Part shown: positions 1-7,575 of the stretch, in pieces
How positions within the stretch are numbered: the stretch's first letter is position 1
How the letters are laid out: each line of letters starts with the position of its first letter
Assembly (NCBI GenBank): GCA_031414595.1
Contig: JANNVX010000085.1
Location: 1 to 18,913, forward strand
DNA: 18,913 bases
Source: Deinococcales bacterium
GTDB taxonomy: Bacteria; Deinococcota; Deinococci; Deinococcales; JAAFIG01
Reading direction: 5' to 3'
The notes under the pieces: generated by a model
Told to the model about the DNA's origin: nothing
Databases searched by the model: none
What the model saw: only the letters and a program-made list of their open reading frames with translations
Made by a program: the position numbers and the translations under genes

Positions 1-267
1 GGCTGATGGTGGTTATGCGGGTCAATTGCTTGAGTGGGTCAAAACCTTTTGTTGCTTTATCCTCGAGATTGTTAAGCGTTCTGATACAGCCAGTGGATTT
101 GTTGTCTTACCGCGTCGTTGGGTGGTGGAACGGTCGTTTGCTTGGCTGACTCGTTGTAGACGTTTAACTCGTGATTTTGAGGGCTTACCGAGTACAACCG
201 AATCTTGGGTTTATTTGGCGAATATTCAGTTGATTTTGAGACGTTTTGACACTTTATAAACACGCTC
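1..267 (+). mobile_element. Right end of an IS5-family (IS1031/IS427-like) insertion sequence
   Basis: Transposase C-terminus followed by ...TATAAACACGCTC, resembling IS1031-group terminal repeats. The TAA at 268-270 fits a TWA target duplication. The left end is outside the window. Confidence 0.8.
2..259 (+). CDS. IS5-family DDE transposase, C-terminal part (5'-truncated by window)
   Basis: Frame is open from base 2: ADGGYAG...[18 protein letters not shown]...RRL.RDFE, the hallmark IS5 C-terminal motif. Confidence 0.93.
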   Translation, partial: ADGGYAGQLLEWVKTFCCFILEIVKRSDTASGFVVLPRRWVVERSFAWLTRCRRLTRDFEGLPSTTESWVYLANIQLILRRFDTL

Positions 268-307
268 TAAAAGAAAGAGACCAAAAAGCAAATTGCTTTT
301 TGGTCTC
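268..307 (-). terminator. Intrinsic terminator for a minus-strand transcript
   Basis: Perfect 14-bp inverted repeat GAGACCAAAAAGCA (277-290) / TGCTTTTTGGTCTC (294-307), followed on the minus strand by TTTCTTTT. Confidence 0.8.
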
Positions 308-483
308 CTCAGTACCCGTCTGGAATTGGGGATTCTAGTCCCACCACTCGGGTTTTTCGCGTTCTAAGATGTTTTTACCTTAGAGGCGATTGCAAACGCT
401 AGGCGTTTTGCAGGGTTAGCCCCGACGGGCACCTCCACCAACTAATTTAATATGTAACAGCTGGATCACCTCCTTTTTGGTAT
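270..483 (-). ncRNA. Putative structured small RNA or leader transcript (unassigned family)
   Basis: Extended -10 TGaTACACT (498-490) predicts a start near 483. Closing stem GUGCCCGUC (432-424) / GACGGGUAC (320-312) encloses several hairpins. G-U wobbles favour the minus strand. Ends at the 277-307 terminator. Confidence 0.55.
416..460 (-). CDS. Putative mini-ORF/leader peptide (M)LHIKLVGGGARRG, CTG start (alternative GTG at 469 gives MIQLLHIKLVGGGARRG)
   Basis: AAAGGAGGTGATCCAG immediately upstream. CTG lies 8 nt after GGAGG and the frame closes with TAA at 418-416. The start codon is non-canonical. Confidence 0.35.
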   Translation of the reverse strand: MLHIKLVGGGARRG

Positions 484-489
484 GGAAGA

Positions 490-499
490 AGTGTATCAT
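490..499. promoter_or_regulatory. Overlapping divergent -10 boxes: TATCAT (+, 494-499) and TG-a-TACACT (-, 498-490)
   Basis: TATCAT is 5 nt before the pfkB GTG (leaderless geometry). The opposite-strand box points into the small-RNA unit. Confidence 0.55.
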
Positions 500-504
500 A
501 CTTT

Positions 505-1491
505 GTGACCGAAAATGTAACTAAGAATGCTAATTCGAGCCTAAGCCATCCGACGTATGCACCACTTCTTTGTGTAGGGGACTTGAACTGGGATGTGCTG
601 GCAAAACCCGACCATATTTTACTTAGCGGCGGGGATACGACTGGACGGGTGCAACTAGCGCATGGTGGCTCGAGTGCAAATGTGGCGGTCTGGGCGCGGC
701 GGGTCGGAATGCCAACGGGTTTTTTAGGCAAAATCGGACGTGACCAATTTGGGCAGTTTGCCCTAGCCAAACTCGAGGAAGAACAGGTACAGCCACATAT
801 TATTTGGTCAGACACCAATGCCACTGGTGTGGTGTTGGTACTCATAGACTCGAGCGGGCAACGCAGTATGCTGACCAACCAAGGCGCAGATTTTTTTTTG
901 ATGCCGCATGAATTGCTCAAAAGTGTGATTGCCGCAGCCAAGCATGTGCATATCACGGCTTGGAGTTTATTCACCGACCCACCCAGAGCGGCGGCGCTCG
1001 AGGCAGCCAGAATTGCCACCGACGCAGGGGCAAGTGTCAGTTTTGACCCCGGAAGTTATCAGATGATTCGGCAAATGGGACGCGAAGAGTTCAAACGCGC
1101 CACCAAAGCCCTGTCCATAGATATTATGTTCCCGAATCTCGAGGAGGGCAGAGCATTAACCGGCGCTCAAAGTCCCGAGGATGTGCTGCACATTCTGCGT
1201 GAAGAATACCCACAAACCCTGATGTGCTTAAAACTCGATAAGGACGGCGCGATGATTGCCGATACCACTGGCATTTTTAAGGTCGAGGCTACCAAGGACA
1301 CGGTGATTGATGCGACTGGCGCAGGCGATAGTTTCTGCGGCGCGTTCCTAGGGCATTACTTGCAATCTAAAGACGCTCGGGCAGCCTCAAAATTAGCGGC
1401 TCAGGTCGCTGGTTGGGTGGTCAGTGTCTTTGGGGCAAGACCAGAAACAGATGCACGTCTCGAGGAACGGATTAAGGAATATGGGTTTTAA
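505..1491 (+). CDS. PfkB/ribokinase-family carbohydrate kinase
   Basis: GGSSANVA and DATGAGDSF PfkB signatures; 328 aa. Confidence 0.93.
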   Translation: MTENVTKNANSSLSHPTYAPLLCVGDLNWDVLAKPDHILLSGGDTTGRVQLAHGGSSANVAVWARRVGMPTGFLGKIGRDQFGQFALAKLEEEQVQPHIIWSDTNATGVVLVLIDSSGQRSMLTNQGADFFLMPHELLKSVIAAAKHVHITAWSLFTDPPRAAALEAARIATDAGASVSFDPGSYQMIRQMGREEFKRATKALSIDIMFPNLEEGRALTGAQSPEDVLHILREEYPQTLMCLKLDKDGAMIADTTGIFKVEATKDTVIDATGAGDSFCGAFLGHYLQSKDARAASKLAAQVAGWVVSVFGARPETDARLEERIKEYGF

Positions 1492-1502
1492 GTTCGCAAT
1501 TC

Positions 1503-1979
1503 TTACGGCTTGGTTAGACAGTTTTTTTGAATATCTTCCCAGTCAAAAAAATTGAGACGGTAGGTGATTTTTAGTTCAAACCACTGCTCTGTAAAAGTTT
1601 CACCTCGAGCATCTTGTTCAATCCCACTAATGCTACAAATGCGTAAATGACGACCAGATACCCATTTATTGGTTAAGTATCTATAGTATATATCTTGAGA
1701 ATCTGTTTCCTCACCTTTTACGAACCTAATAACACGTAAGTATTTACTTTTTTTTTCCTCTATTGTTCTTGCAACAAAATTAGTGGCAGGAAAATTACGC
1801 TGGTCATTTGGAGCAAGTACCTCTTCGACAATTCTTGTACCTTGATACGTAAACATTCTTTTAGCGCTATAAAATAGAGCAAAAATTCCTAAACAAGAAA
1901 TAAGGATTCTCACGACAAGATCGGCAGATTTTTTTGAAACTCGTAGAATCCAGAATTTATCATCATTTTGCACGGGCAT
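1503..1979 (-). CDS. Hypothetical single-pass membrane protein (~158 aa)
   Basis: ATG at 1979 (MPVQND) preferred because the longer start lies inside the upstream terminator. One hydrophobic segment (LVVRILISCLGIFALFY); AT-rich. Confidence 0.6.
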   Translation of the reverse strand: MPVQNDDKFWILRVSKKSADLVVRILISCLGIFALFYSAKRMFTYQGTRIVEEVLAPNDQRNFPATNFVARTIEEKKSKYLRVIRFVKGEETDSQDIYYRYLTNKWVSGRHLRICSISGIEQDARGETFTEQWFELKITYRLNFFDWEDIQKNCLTKP

Positions 1980-2014
1980 ACTTTTTATACGAGTGTTTAG
2001 GCAAATAGTTCCAT

Positions 2015-2049
2015 AAAAAATGACGAGGGCAATCAAGCCCTCGTCATTT
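2015..2049 (-). terminator. Intrinsic terminator of the foldase gene
   Basis: 13-bp inverted repeat AAATGACGAGGGC (2018-2030) / GCCCTCGTCATTT (2037-2049) with a T-run on the minus strand, 14 nt past the stop. Confidence 0.85.
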
Positions 2050-2063
2050 CAGTTTTTTACAGC

Positions 2064-4244
2064 TTACTTCTCGAGTTTAACTTCAATGCTCTTTTCGTCT
2101 GGGAAACGGACTTCTTTAGTAAATGGCTTAAAGCCTGTGGCTTCGACTTTCAGGGTATAGAAGCCGTTAGGGATTTTTGTCAGGCTGGCACGGCTGCCTT
2201 TTGCATCCACGGTTTGCAGCGTGGTTGTTCCCTCGAGCAAGGTCACTTTGGCTTCGGTTGCACCAACCAATTTAATCTCGAGCGGTGGATTCTTGGCGGC
2301 TTCGTCGGCTTTGCGCTTGTCATCTTCGGCTTTGCGTTTGGCTTCGTCAGCCGCTTTTTGCTTGGCGGCTTCGGCGGCTTTGGCTTCGAGCTGCTTGCCT
2401 ACACCTTTGTCGCCCGTGTAAAGGTTCTCAGCTTTGGCAGCTTTGACGGCGGCTGTTAGCCAGCTTTGTCCTTCTAGGCTGCGCTTAGAAGCAAGGGCTT
2501 TTTCTTTGGCATCTTCAAAGACTTCTTTAATCGGTTTGGTCTTTTTCTCGATAAAGCTCGAGACCCCAAGGATAATAAATTTCTTTTCCTTTTGAATCAC
2601 GTCAGATACTTCAAACCCACCCGCTTTAGCCAGTGCCTTGGCTTCAAAAACCACGGTTTTGTATTCTGGGGCAATACTTTCTGGGGTTAATGCGCCGAGT
2701 TCAGAGACTGTACCTTGTTGCTTGGCGGCACTCTTGGTGAAATCCCCGCCACCTTGGGCAATAAAGGCACTACGGAAGGCTTTAGCGGCATCAAGGCTGG
2801 TGAAGGTGGCTTCGTTGATGTTAGCACTGGCTGGAGTGCTGTAAAGGGCAACGTTATCGGTGTAATACTTGGCAACTTCGGCATCGGTGATGCTAATGTC
2901 TTTGGTTTTCCATTGTTTGGCTTGGTTGACAATATCTTGTTCTGAACCAAAGAAAGGCTGTCCGAGTTTTTTGGCAGCTTGAACACCGACCACACCACTA
3001 ATCAGGGTCTCGAGTGTTTGTGGTTTGAAGAACTGCTCGACCAGTTGGGCGCTCTGGGCTGCGCCGCCTTGTTGAATAAATTGTTGAATTTGTTGGTTTT
3101 GCAAATACACTAGGCGGTTGAGTTGATTGAGTCTAATTTCTTCTTTGCCAACTTTTGCTACGGTCGGGTTGAAATACTCAAGTTTTTGTTCAATACCATC
3201 TTTGGTAAATTCAACTTTGGCGTTCTTCTCGAGTTCTTTAATCCAGGCTTCGGTTGCTCCAGCCGATTTTAGGGCTTTGGCATCCTCTTCTAGTTTGGCT
3301 TTGGCTTCTTCAAAAGTTTGTTGACCGGCTGGGAAGTATTTTTCGACTTTTAAGAAGTAGAATTTGCCAGCTTCGGCAATTGGCGCAGTTACGCCACCAG
3401 ATTTGAGGGCAAAGGCAGCCGTAGCCACATTGGTTGGTAGTGCAAGTTGCACCACTGGGACTGGGGTTTTCTTACCTTTTTCTGAGGCAATTGCGCCATC
3501 TTCGGCTTTTGAAGATTCGTCTTTACTGAATTCGCGCACCAGCTTAATAAAATCCTCATTAGCTTTTAATTTGGCAGCCACTTGATCGGCGGTTTTTTGG
3601 TCATTGACAATAATTTGCCGAGCAGTGATGCGTTCTTCGTTTTTGTAATTGGTTTTGTTGAGTTCCCAAAAGAGTTTGACTTCGGCTTCGGTTACTTTTT
3701 GGGCTTCGTTAATTTCTTTTAAGCGGGCTTGAATTTTTTCTTGTATAGCAAAAGTTTCACGAAAGGTAACATCTGTAAAACCTTGACCCCGCAAAGCATT
3801 CTGGTAATCAGAGTCCTTAGCTAGATTGTTGGCTGCACGCCACTGAGTAATCCCTTTAGCAAGCTCATCACCACCCAATCGAATACTTCTCGAGTCAGCT
3901 TCTGCGGCTTTTAGCAGAGTTGTTTGGCTAAGCAATTGGTTTTTTAAATCTTCACCAATCACTCCATCTAAGCCAAGACCAAACAATTGATTCTGACTAC
4001 GGGTACGCTCCAAATCACGTTCAAAGACAGGTAAGCCATTCACGGTCATGACTGTTTTGCCGTTTGATTGTTGTCCGCCAAGTCCACCACCCAAGTTTGG
4101 GGTGAATTGAATCACCATACCAGCCAATAGCGCCACAGCCACAACGCCAAGCACAACACGAGAAACTAAGGTACGCTTCGAGACTGGTTCTTGGGTCTCG
4201 AGCGCGGCGTAACGGGGTTTACGGGGTGTTTCGTTCACTTGCAT
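2064..4244 (-). CDS. SurA/PrsA/PpiD-type parvulin peptidyl-prolyl isomerase (foldase) with Ala/Lys-rich linker and C-terminal PEGA-like domain
   Basis: N-terminal TM anchor, SurA_N-like helical region, rotamase motif (ITARQIIV...F..LVREFSKD.SSK..DG) and a second degenerate repeat. SD GAGGAGG spacing suggests the true start is GTG at 4238. Confidence 0.85.
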   Translation of the reverse strand: MQVNETPRKPRYAALETQEPVSKRTLVSRVVLGVVAVALLAGMVIQFTPNLGGGLGGQQSNGKTVMTVNGLPVFERDLERTRSQNQLFGLGLDGVIGEDLKNQLLSQTTLLKAAEADSRSIRLGGDELAKGITQWRAANNLAKDSDYQNALRGQGFTDVTFRETFAIQEKIQARLKEINEAQKVTEAEVKLFWELNKTNYKNEERITARQIIVNDQKTADQVAAKLKANEDFIKLVREFSKDESSKAEDGAIASEKGKKTPVPVVQLALPTNVATAAFALKSGGVTAPIAEAGKFYFLKVEKYFPAGQQTFEEAKAKLEEDAKALKSAGATEAWIKELEKNAKVEFTKDGIEQKLEYFNPTVAKVGKEEIRLNQLNRLVYLQNQQIQQFIQQGGAAQSAQLVEQFFKPQTLETLISGVVGVQAAKKLGQPFFGSEQDIVNQAKQWKTKDISITDAEVAKYYTDNVALYSTPASANINEATFTSLDAAKAFRSAFIAQGGGDFTKSAAKQQGTVSELGALTPESIAPEYKTVVFEAKALAKAGGFEVSDVIQKEKKFIILGVSSFIEKKTKPIKEVFEDAKEKALASKRSLEGQSWLTAAVKAAKAENLYTGDKGVGKQLEAKAAEAAKQKAADEAKRKAEDDKRKADEAAKNPPLEIKLVGATEAKVTLLEGTTTLQTVDAKGSRASLTKIPNGFYTLKVEATGFKPFTKEVRFPDEKSIEVKLEK

Positions 4245-4295
4245 TCCTCCTCGGTGCGTGCTAATACTTAATTAAGCGATTTTTACTCGCCAAGC

Positions 4296-4372
4296 GCGCC
4301 CGTAGCTCAGTCGGATAGAGCGTTGCCCTCCGGAGGCAAAGGTCAGAGGTTCGAATCCCCTCGGGCGCACCA
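4296..4372 (+). tRNA. tRNA-Arg (anticodon CCG)
   Basis: Acceptor stem GCGCCCG/CGGGCGC, D arm GCTC..GAGC, anticodon stem TTGCC/GGCAA with loop CTCCGGA, T loop TTCGAAT, encoded CCA; 77 nt. Confidence 0.97.
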
Positions 4373-4436
4373 TATCAGCACACCCTAGCCCCTCGGTTGG
4401 GGTTTTTAATTTCCCCTAAGCACTATATCAGCACAC
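4367..4436 (+). repeat. Direct repeat of tRNA 3' end: GCACCATATCAGCACAC (4367-4383) / GCACTATATCAGCACAC (4420-4436)
   Basis: 16/17 identity read directly from the sequence. Confidence 0.8.
4387..4407 (+). terminator. tRNA terminator
   Basis: AGCCCC-TCGGTT-GGGGTT hairpin followed by a T-run. Confidence 0.6.
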
Positions 4437-4484
4437 GAGTTTAACATGCCAAGACAAGGACAGGTGAGCTTCAAATGAACTTGG

Positions 4485-5450
4485 TCACTGGTTCATTAAG
4501 GTTTCTATCTCGAGCATAACATCTGTCGGCAATGCCCCAAACTGCATTGCCGACACGTTTTCTTCGACTTGAGAAACAGTCTTAAAACCTGGAATTGGCA
4601 CAAGGCTAGGGTGAAACGCCCAAAGCCACGCCAAAGCACCTTGGGCTAAAGTCCTGCCGCCTGTGCAGAGTAATTCTTTAATCTTCTCGAGTTGCCCTAG
4701 TTGCGCTGCTTGTTTGCCAGTCTCCAGATTCCATTTGAAACGGGTTCGCATGTCGTTGGCTGCAAACTGATGCCCCGCTTGGAGTTGACCAGTTAGTAAG
4801 CCCATACCCAGTGGTCGGCGCACCACCACCCCTAAATTGAGGTCGGCACATAGGTCGGGTAGTTCTCGGTTGCCCTCGAGAACATTCAGCAGTATGGGTA
4901 CAACACCAGCTTGGGTATCTCGAGCAAAAGCGCTTAAGGTTTCGGGTTGTTCATTGCACCAAGAATACGTACCAATCAGACCTTCTTGTACCAAGTCATC
5001 CAAAGTCCCAGCCACTTCGAGGGCTTCTATAAGCGGCAGGTCAAACAAATGCAGTTGGTAAATGTCTATTTTTTCGCGTTTTAGGCGTTTTAGGCTCTGC
5101 TCGAGGGCGTACCGGATTCCTGTTGGGGTGATGTCTGTCCCTGTGACTTCGGGGGGGTCGTCGGTAAACGTATAGCCAAATTTGGCAGCAATCATCACCT
5201 CGGCTCGAGTTTCATGCAGCACTTGCCCAAGCAGGGTTTCGGCATGACCACAACCGTAGACACCAGCCACATCAAAGAACCGAATTCCCAATTCGAGGGC
5301 GCGGTATAAGGCACGAATGGATTCGGCATCATCCACATCGCCGTAGCCCATGTAGCCGCCTCTATCCCAGAATGCCCCACCAATAGCCCAGCAGCCGAAG
5401 CCCATTGCCCCAACATCCAAGCCAGAACGCCCCAGCCCTCGAGATTTCAT
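4485..5450 (-). CDS. Aldo/keto reductase
   Basis: GFGCWAIGG, FDVAGVYG.G.AE, AKFG, SLKRL..EKIDIYQLH and PIPG motifs. Has its own leaderless -10 (TAAACT, 6 nt before ATG). Confidence 0.95.
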   Translation of the reverse strand: MKSRGLGRSGLDVGAMGFGCWAIGGAFWDRGGYMGYGDVDDAESIRALYRALELGIRFFDVAGVYGCGHAETLLGQVLHETRAEVMIAAKFGYTFTDDPPEVTGTDITPTGIRYALEQSLKRLKREKIDIYQLHLFDLPLIEALEVAGTLDDLVQEGLIGTYSWCNEQPETLSAFARDTQAGVVPILLNVLEGNRELPDLCADLNLGVVVRRPLGMGLLTGQLQAGHQFAANDMRTRFKWNLETGKQAAQLGQLEKIKELLCTGGRTLAQGALAWLWAFHPSLVPIPGFKTVSQVEENVSAMQFGALPTDVMLEIETLMNQ

Positions 5451-5459
5451 GGATTTAGT

Positions 5460-6245
5460 TTACTGTGATTTTCTTGCTTGTAAACCTTTCAAACGCTTTA
5501 TTTGCCAAGCATAATAAAGTTGAACCAACCGCGACTGACTCTGCGCCAACCGATACTGCATTTGATCGATGCTCGAGAATTGCGTGGGTAATGGCACGGA
5601 TTGAAGTAAACCCGCTTCTTGGGCTGACAAAAGCAGTTCATGTAGTCGTTTGCGTAATCCAAATGGCTGTGCAATTGCAAAAAAAGCCTGCCAATCAAAA
5701 ACACTTTGCAATTCGGGCATAGCTCGAGCCAACCAAACCATGTCGTTGCGGCTGTACTCGAGTCGGTGTAAGACGGGTTCTGGGCAACTTTGGGCAAAGA
5801 CTCGAATGGAATCTTTGAAAGTCACCCAGCCACGTATTTGCCAGTGCAGTAAGTATTTTTGCTTGGACATTAACCACTTATTGCTTGGGATGGCTCTGAG
5901 CAATGAACTGATGTTCTGTACGGCAAAATCCGAGGTGGCACTGATATTGAGTTTAGCATCATCAAGCAGTTGATAAGCGATACCGTGTTGCTCGAGGTTT
6001 CGCTGCCATTGTTCCTGATTAAAAATTCGTTGTTGTTGCAAAACCCAAGCCTGTTTGTAGATGCCTCTCAGACGTGGGGTCAGTTCATCTTGAAAGGCTG
6101 ATAAATTTTGATACAAGTGCGGCAATAAATCAAATTCGCTGCTGCTTAGCTGCTCAAAGTTGGTTTGTAATTTCCAGTGCTGATAGGCTTCAAGGGCTGC
6201 TTCTGGCTCACAACAACAGGCTTGCAGCAACAAGGTGGTTCTCAA
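5460..6245 (-). CDS. Nucleotidyltransferase-family protein (NTP_transf_5-like), catalytic motifs degenerate
   Basis: N-terminal LLLQA...ALEAY..W...LLP.LY.NL...RLRGIY...W pattern recognised from this family, plus LHW. TTG start overlaps the upstream TGA. Confidence 0.6.
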   Translation of the reverse strand: MRTTLLLQACCCEPEAALEAYQHWKLQTNFEQLSSSEFDLLPHLYQNLSAFQDELTPRLRGIYKQAWVLQQQRIFNQEQWQRNLEQHGIAYQLLDDAKLNISATSDFAVQNISSLLRAIPSNKWLMSKQKYLLHWQIRGWVTFKDSIRVFAQSCPEPVLHRLEYSRNDMVWLARAMPELQSVFDWQAFFAIAQPFGLRKRLHELLLSAQEAGLLQSVPLPTQFSSIDQMQYRLAQSQSRLVQLYYAWQIKRLKGLQARKSQ

Positions 6246-6913
6246 ATTGCCCTCGAGCGTTTCTCAAGTAACAATTGACGCAGCATCTGAAAATACCCGC
6301 TCTGTACTTGGTCTTTTTGGATACGGGTCATGTTCGATTGGTGAATTCGTCTTTTAACCAAGCACTGATTAAGCATCTGCACAGCAATCCCAAGTTGTTG
6401 GACTCGAGCCAGCCACAACATGGTGTCACCACTGTGCAAAAGTGGAAATAATCCCGCCAAATCAAAGACTATTCTCCGCGCCATCAGTGCCGAGGTACTG
6501 GGCAGTAATTGTGCTTCAGGTATAAACAGAACTTGGTTTTCTACTTCTGGGGTGTCCAGACTGATAAATTGCTCAATCGCCGTAAAAACCACACCAAGCA
6601 AAGGGTCTTGGGCAAAAGTCTGGAGTTGCATCTCGAGTTTTTCAGGCAACCAAAGGTCATCTTGGTCAAGAAGTGCAATATAATCACCCCGAGCCAAAGT
6701 AACGCCAGTATTACGAGCCGCCGCCGCTCCTTGATGTGTACAGATTTCAAGATGCACAGGGTAAGCTCGAGCCACCTGTGCAGTGTTATCAGTGCTTCCA
6801 TCATCAATCACAATCACCTCAAAAGGCTGCACCGTTTGGGCGAAAACACTATCTAAGGCTGCCCCAAGGTAACGCTCACCGTTCCAAGTTGGGATGATGA
6901 CACTGACATTCAT
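6242..6913 (-). CDS. Glycosyltransferase family 2
   Basis: VSVIIPTWN, VIDDGSTD, ARNTG and LLDQDD motifs. Start MNVSV at 6913 gives an ATGA overlap with the upstream gene. Confidence 0.93.
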   Translation of the reverse strand: MNVSVIIPTWNGERYLGAALDSVFAQTVQPFEVIVIDDGSTDNTAQVARAYPVHLEICTHQGAAAARNTGVTLARGDYIALLDQDDLWLPEKLEMQLQTFAQDPLLGVVFTAIEQFISLDTPEVENQVLFIPEAQLLPSTSALMARRIVFDLAGLFPLLHSGDTMLWLARVQQLGIAVQMLNQCLVKRRIHQSNMTRIQKDQVQSGYFQMLRQLLLEKRSRAI

Positions 6914-7575
6914 GCTTGTCTTCGCCTTGCGAGGTTTAGTTGTAGCACCCAAAGCAATTCTCGAGTGCTGAGTTTTGCCTCATGACCTTGGTTTTGCCGA
7001 TGAATTCGTTTGGTTAAAAGCACTTGTTCTGGGTATGCGAAACGCAATTGGTGGAAATTAGCTCGAGCAAACCAATCCACATCGGAATTGCTAATAAAAC
7101 TGGTATTGAACAGACCCACTTGTTGAAAAACTGTTTTTCGGACCAATAAAGCACTAGGCAAAAAAGCAGCAGCGCCCTCTAAGTAGCCTTGACGAATCAA
7201 ATGCCCAAAAGCCTGTGCATCGGATTCAAGTTGTGCAATCGTTTTACAAATTGCATAATCAGCATTTTTTAAGCTCTCGAGTTGTAACACCAATTTATCT
7301 GGATGCCATAAGTCATCTTGGTCAAGAAAAGCAATAAATTCTGCACCGGCATGAGCTATTCCCGAGTTTCGAGCAGCCCCAGGACCTTGATTCGTTTGGC
7401 TTAGAATTATCTTGGTATAGGCTTTGGCGATTTCTAGGCTTTGGTCGCTCGAGCCATCATCCACAACCACTAGCTCAATTGACACCTCAGTCTGAATTAA
7501 GGCACTTTCCAGAGTTTGGGCGAGGTACTTCTCACCGTTATAGACGGGAACAATCACACTTATTTGTGGTTTCAT
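6910..7575 (-). CDS. Glycosyltransferase family 2
   Basis: ISVIVPVYN, VVDDGSSD, ARNSG and FLDQDD motifs; ATGA overlap. Confidence 0.93.
   Translation of the reverse strand: MKPQISVIVPVYNGEKYLAQTLESALIQTEVSIELVVVDDGSSDQSLEIAKAYTKIILSQTNQGPGAARNSGIAHAGAEFIAFLDQDDLWHPDKLVLQLESLKNADYAICKTIAQLESDAQAFGHLIRQGYLEGAAAFLPSALLVRKTVFQQVGLFNTSFISNSDVDWFARANFHQLRFAYPEQVLLTKRIHRQNQGHEAKLSTRELLWVLQLNLARRRQA

Noticed and set aside
430-440. CACCTCCACCA resembles a tmRNA 3' acceptor end
   Set aside because: No preceding T-arm (GGTTCGA) and no GGGGGTG 5' partner on the + strand; G-U pair asymmetry favours a minus-strand RNA.
460-476. 16S rRNA gene or fragment
   Set aside because: The match is limited to 17 nt with no upstream helix 44/45 sequence, so it is treated as a complementary site rather than an rRNA gene.
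447-1019. 190-aa minus-strand ORF
   Set aside because: Antisense shadow of pfkB with no recognisable motifs.
4346-4361. A-C mismatch in the tRNA T-stem suggesting a pseudo-tRNA
   Set aside because: It is a single mismatch, and all other arms, invariant bases and the CCA are intact.
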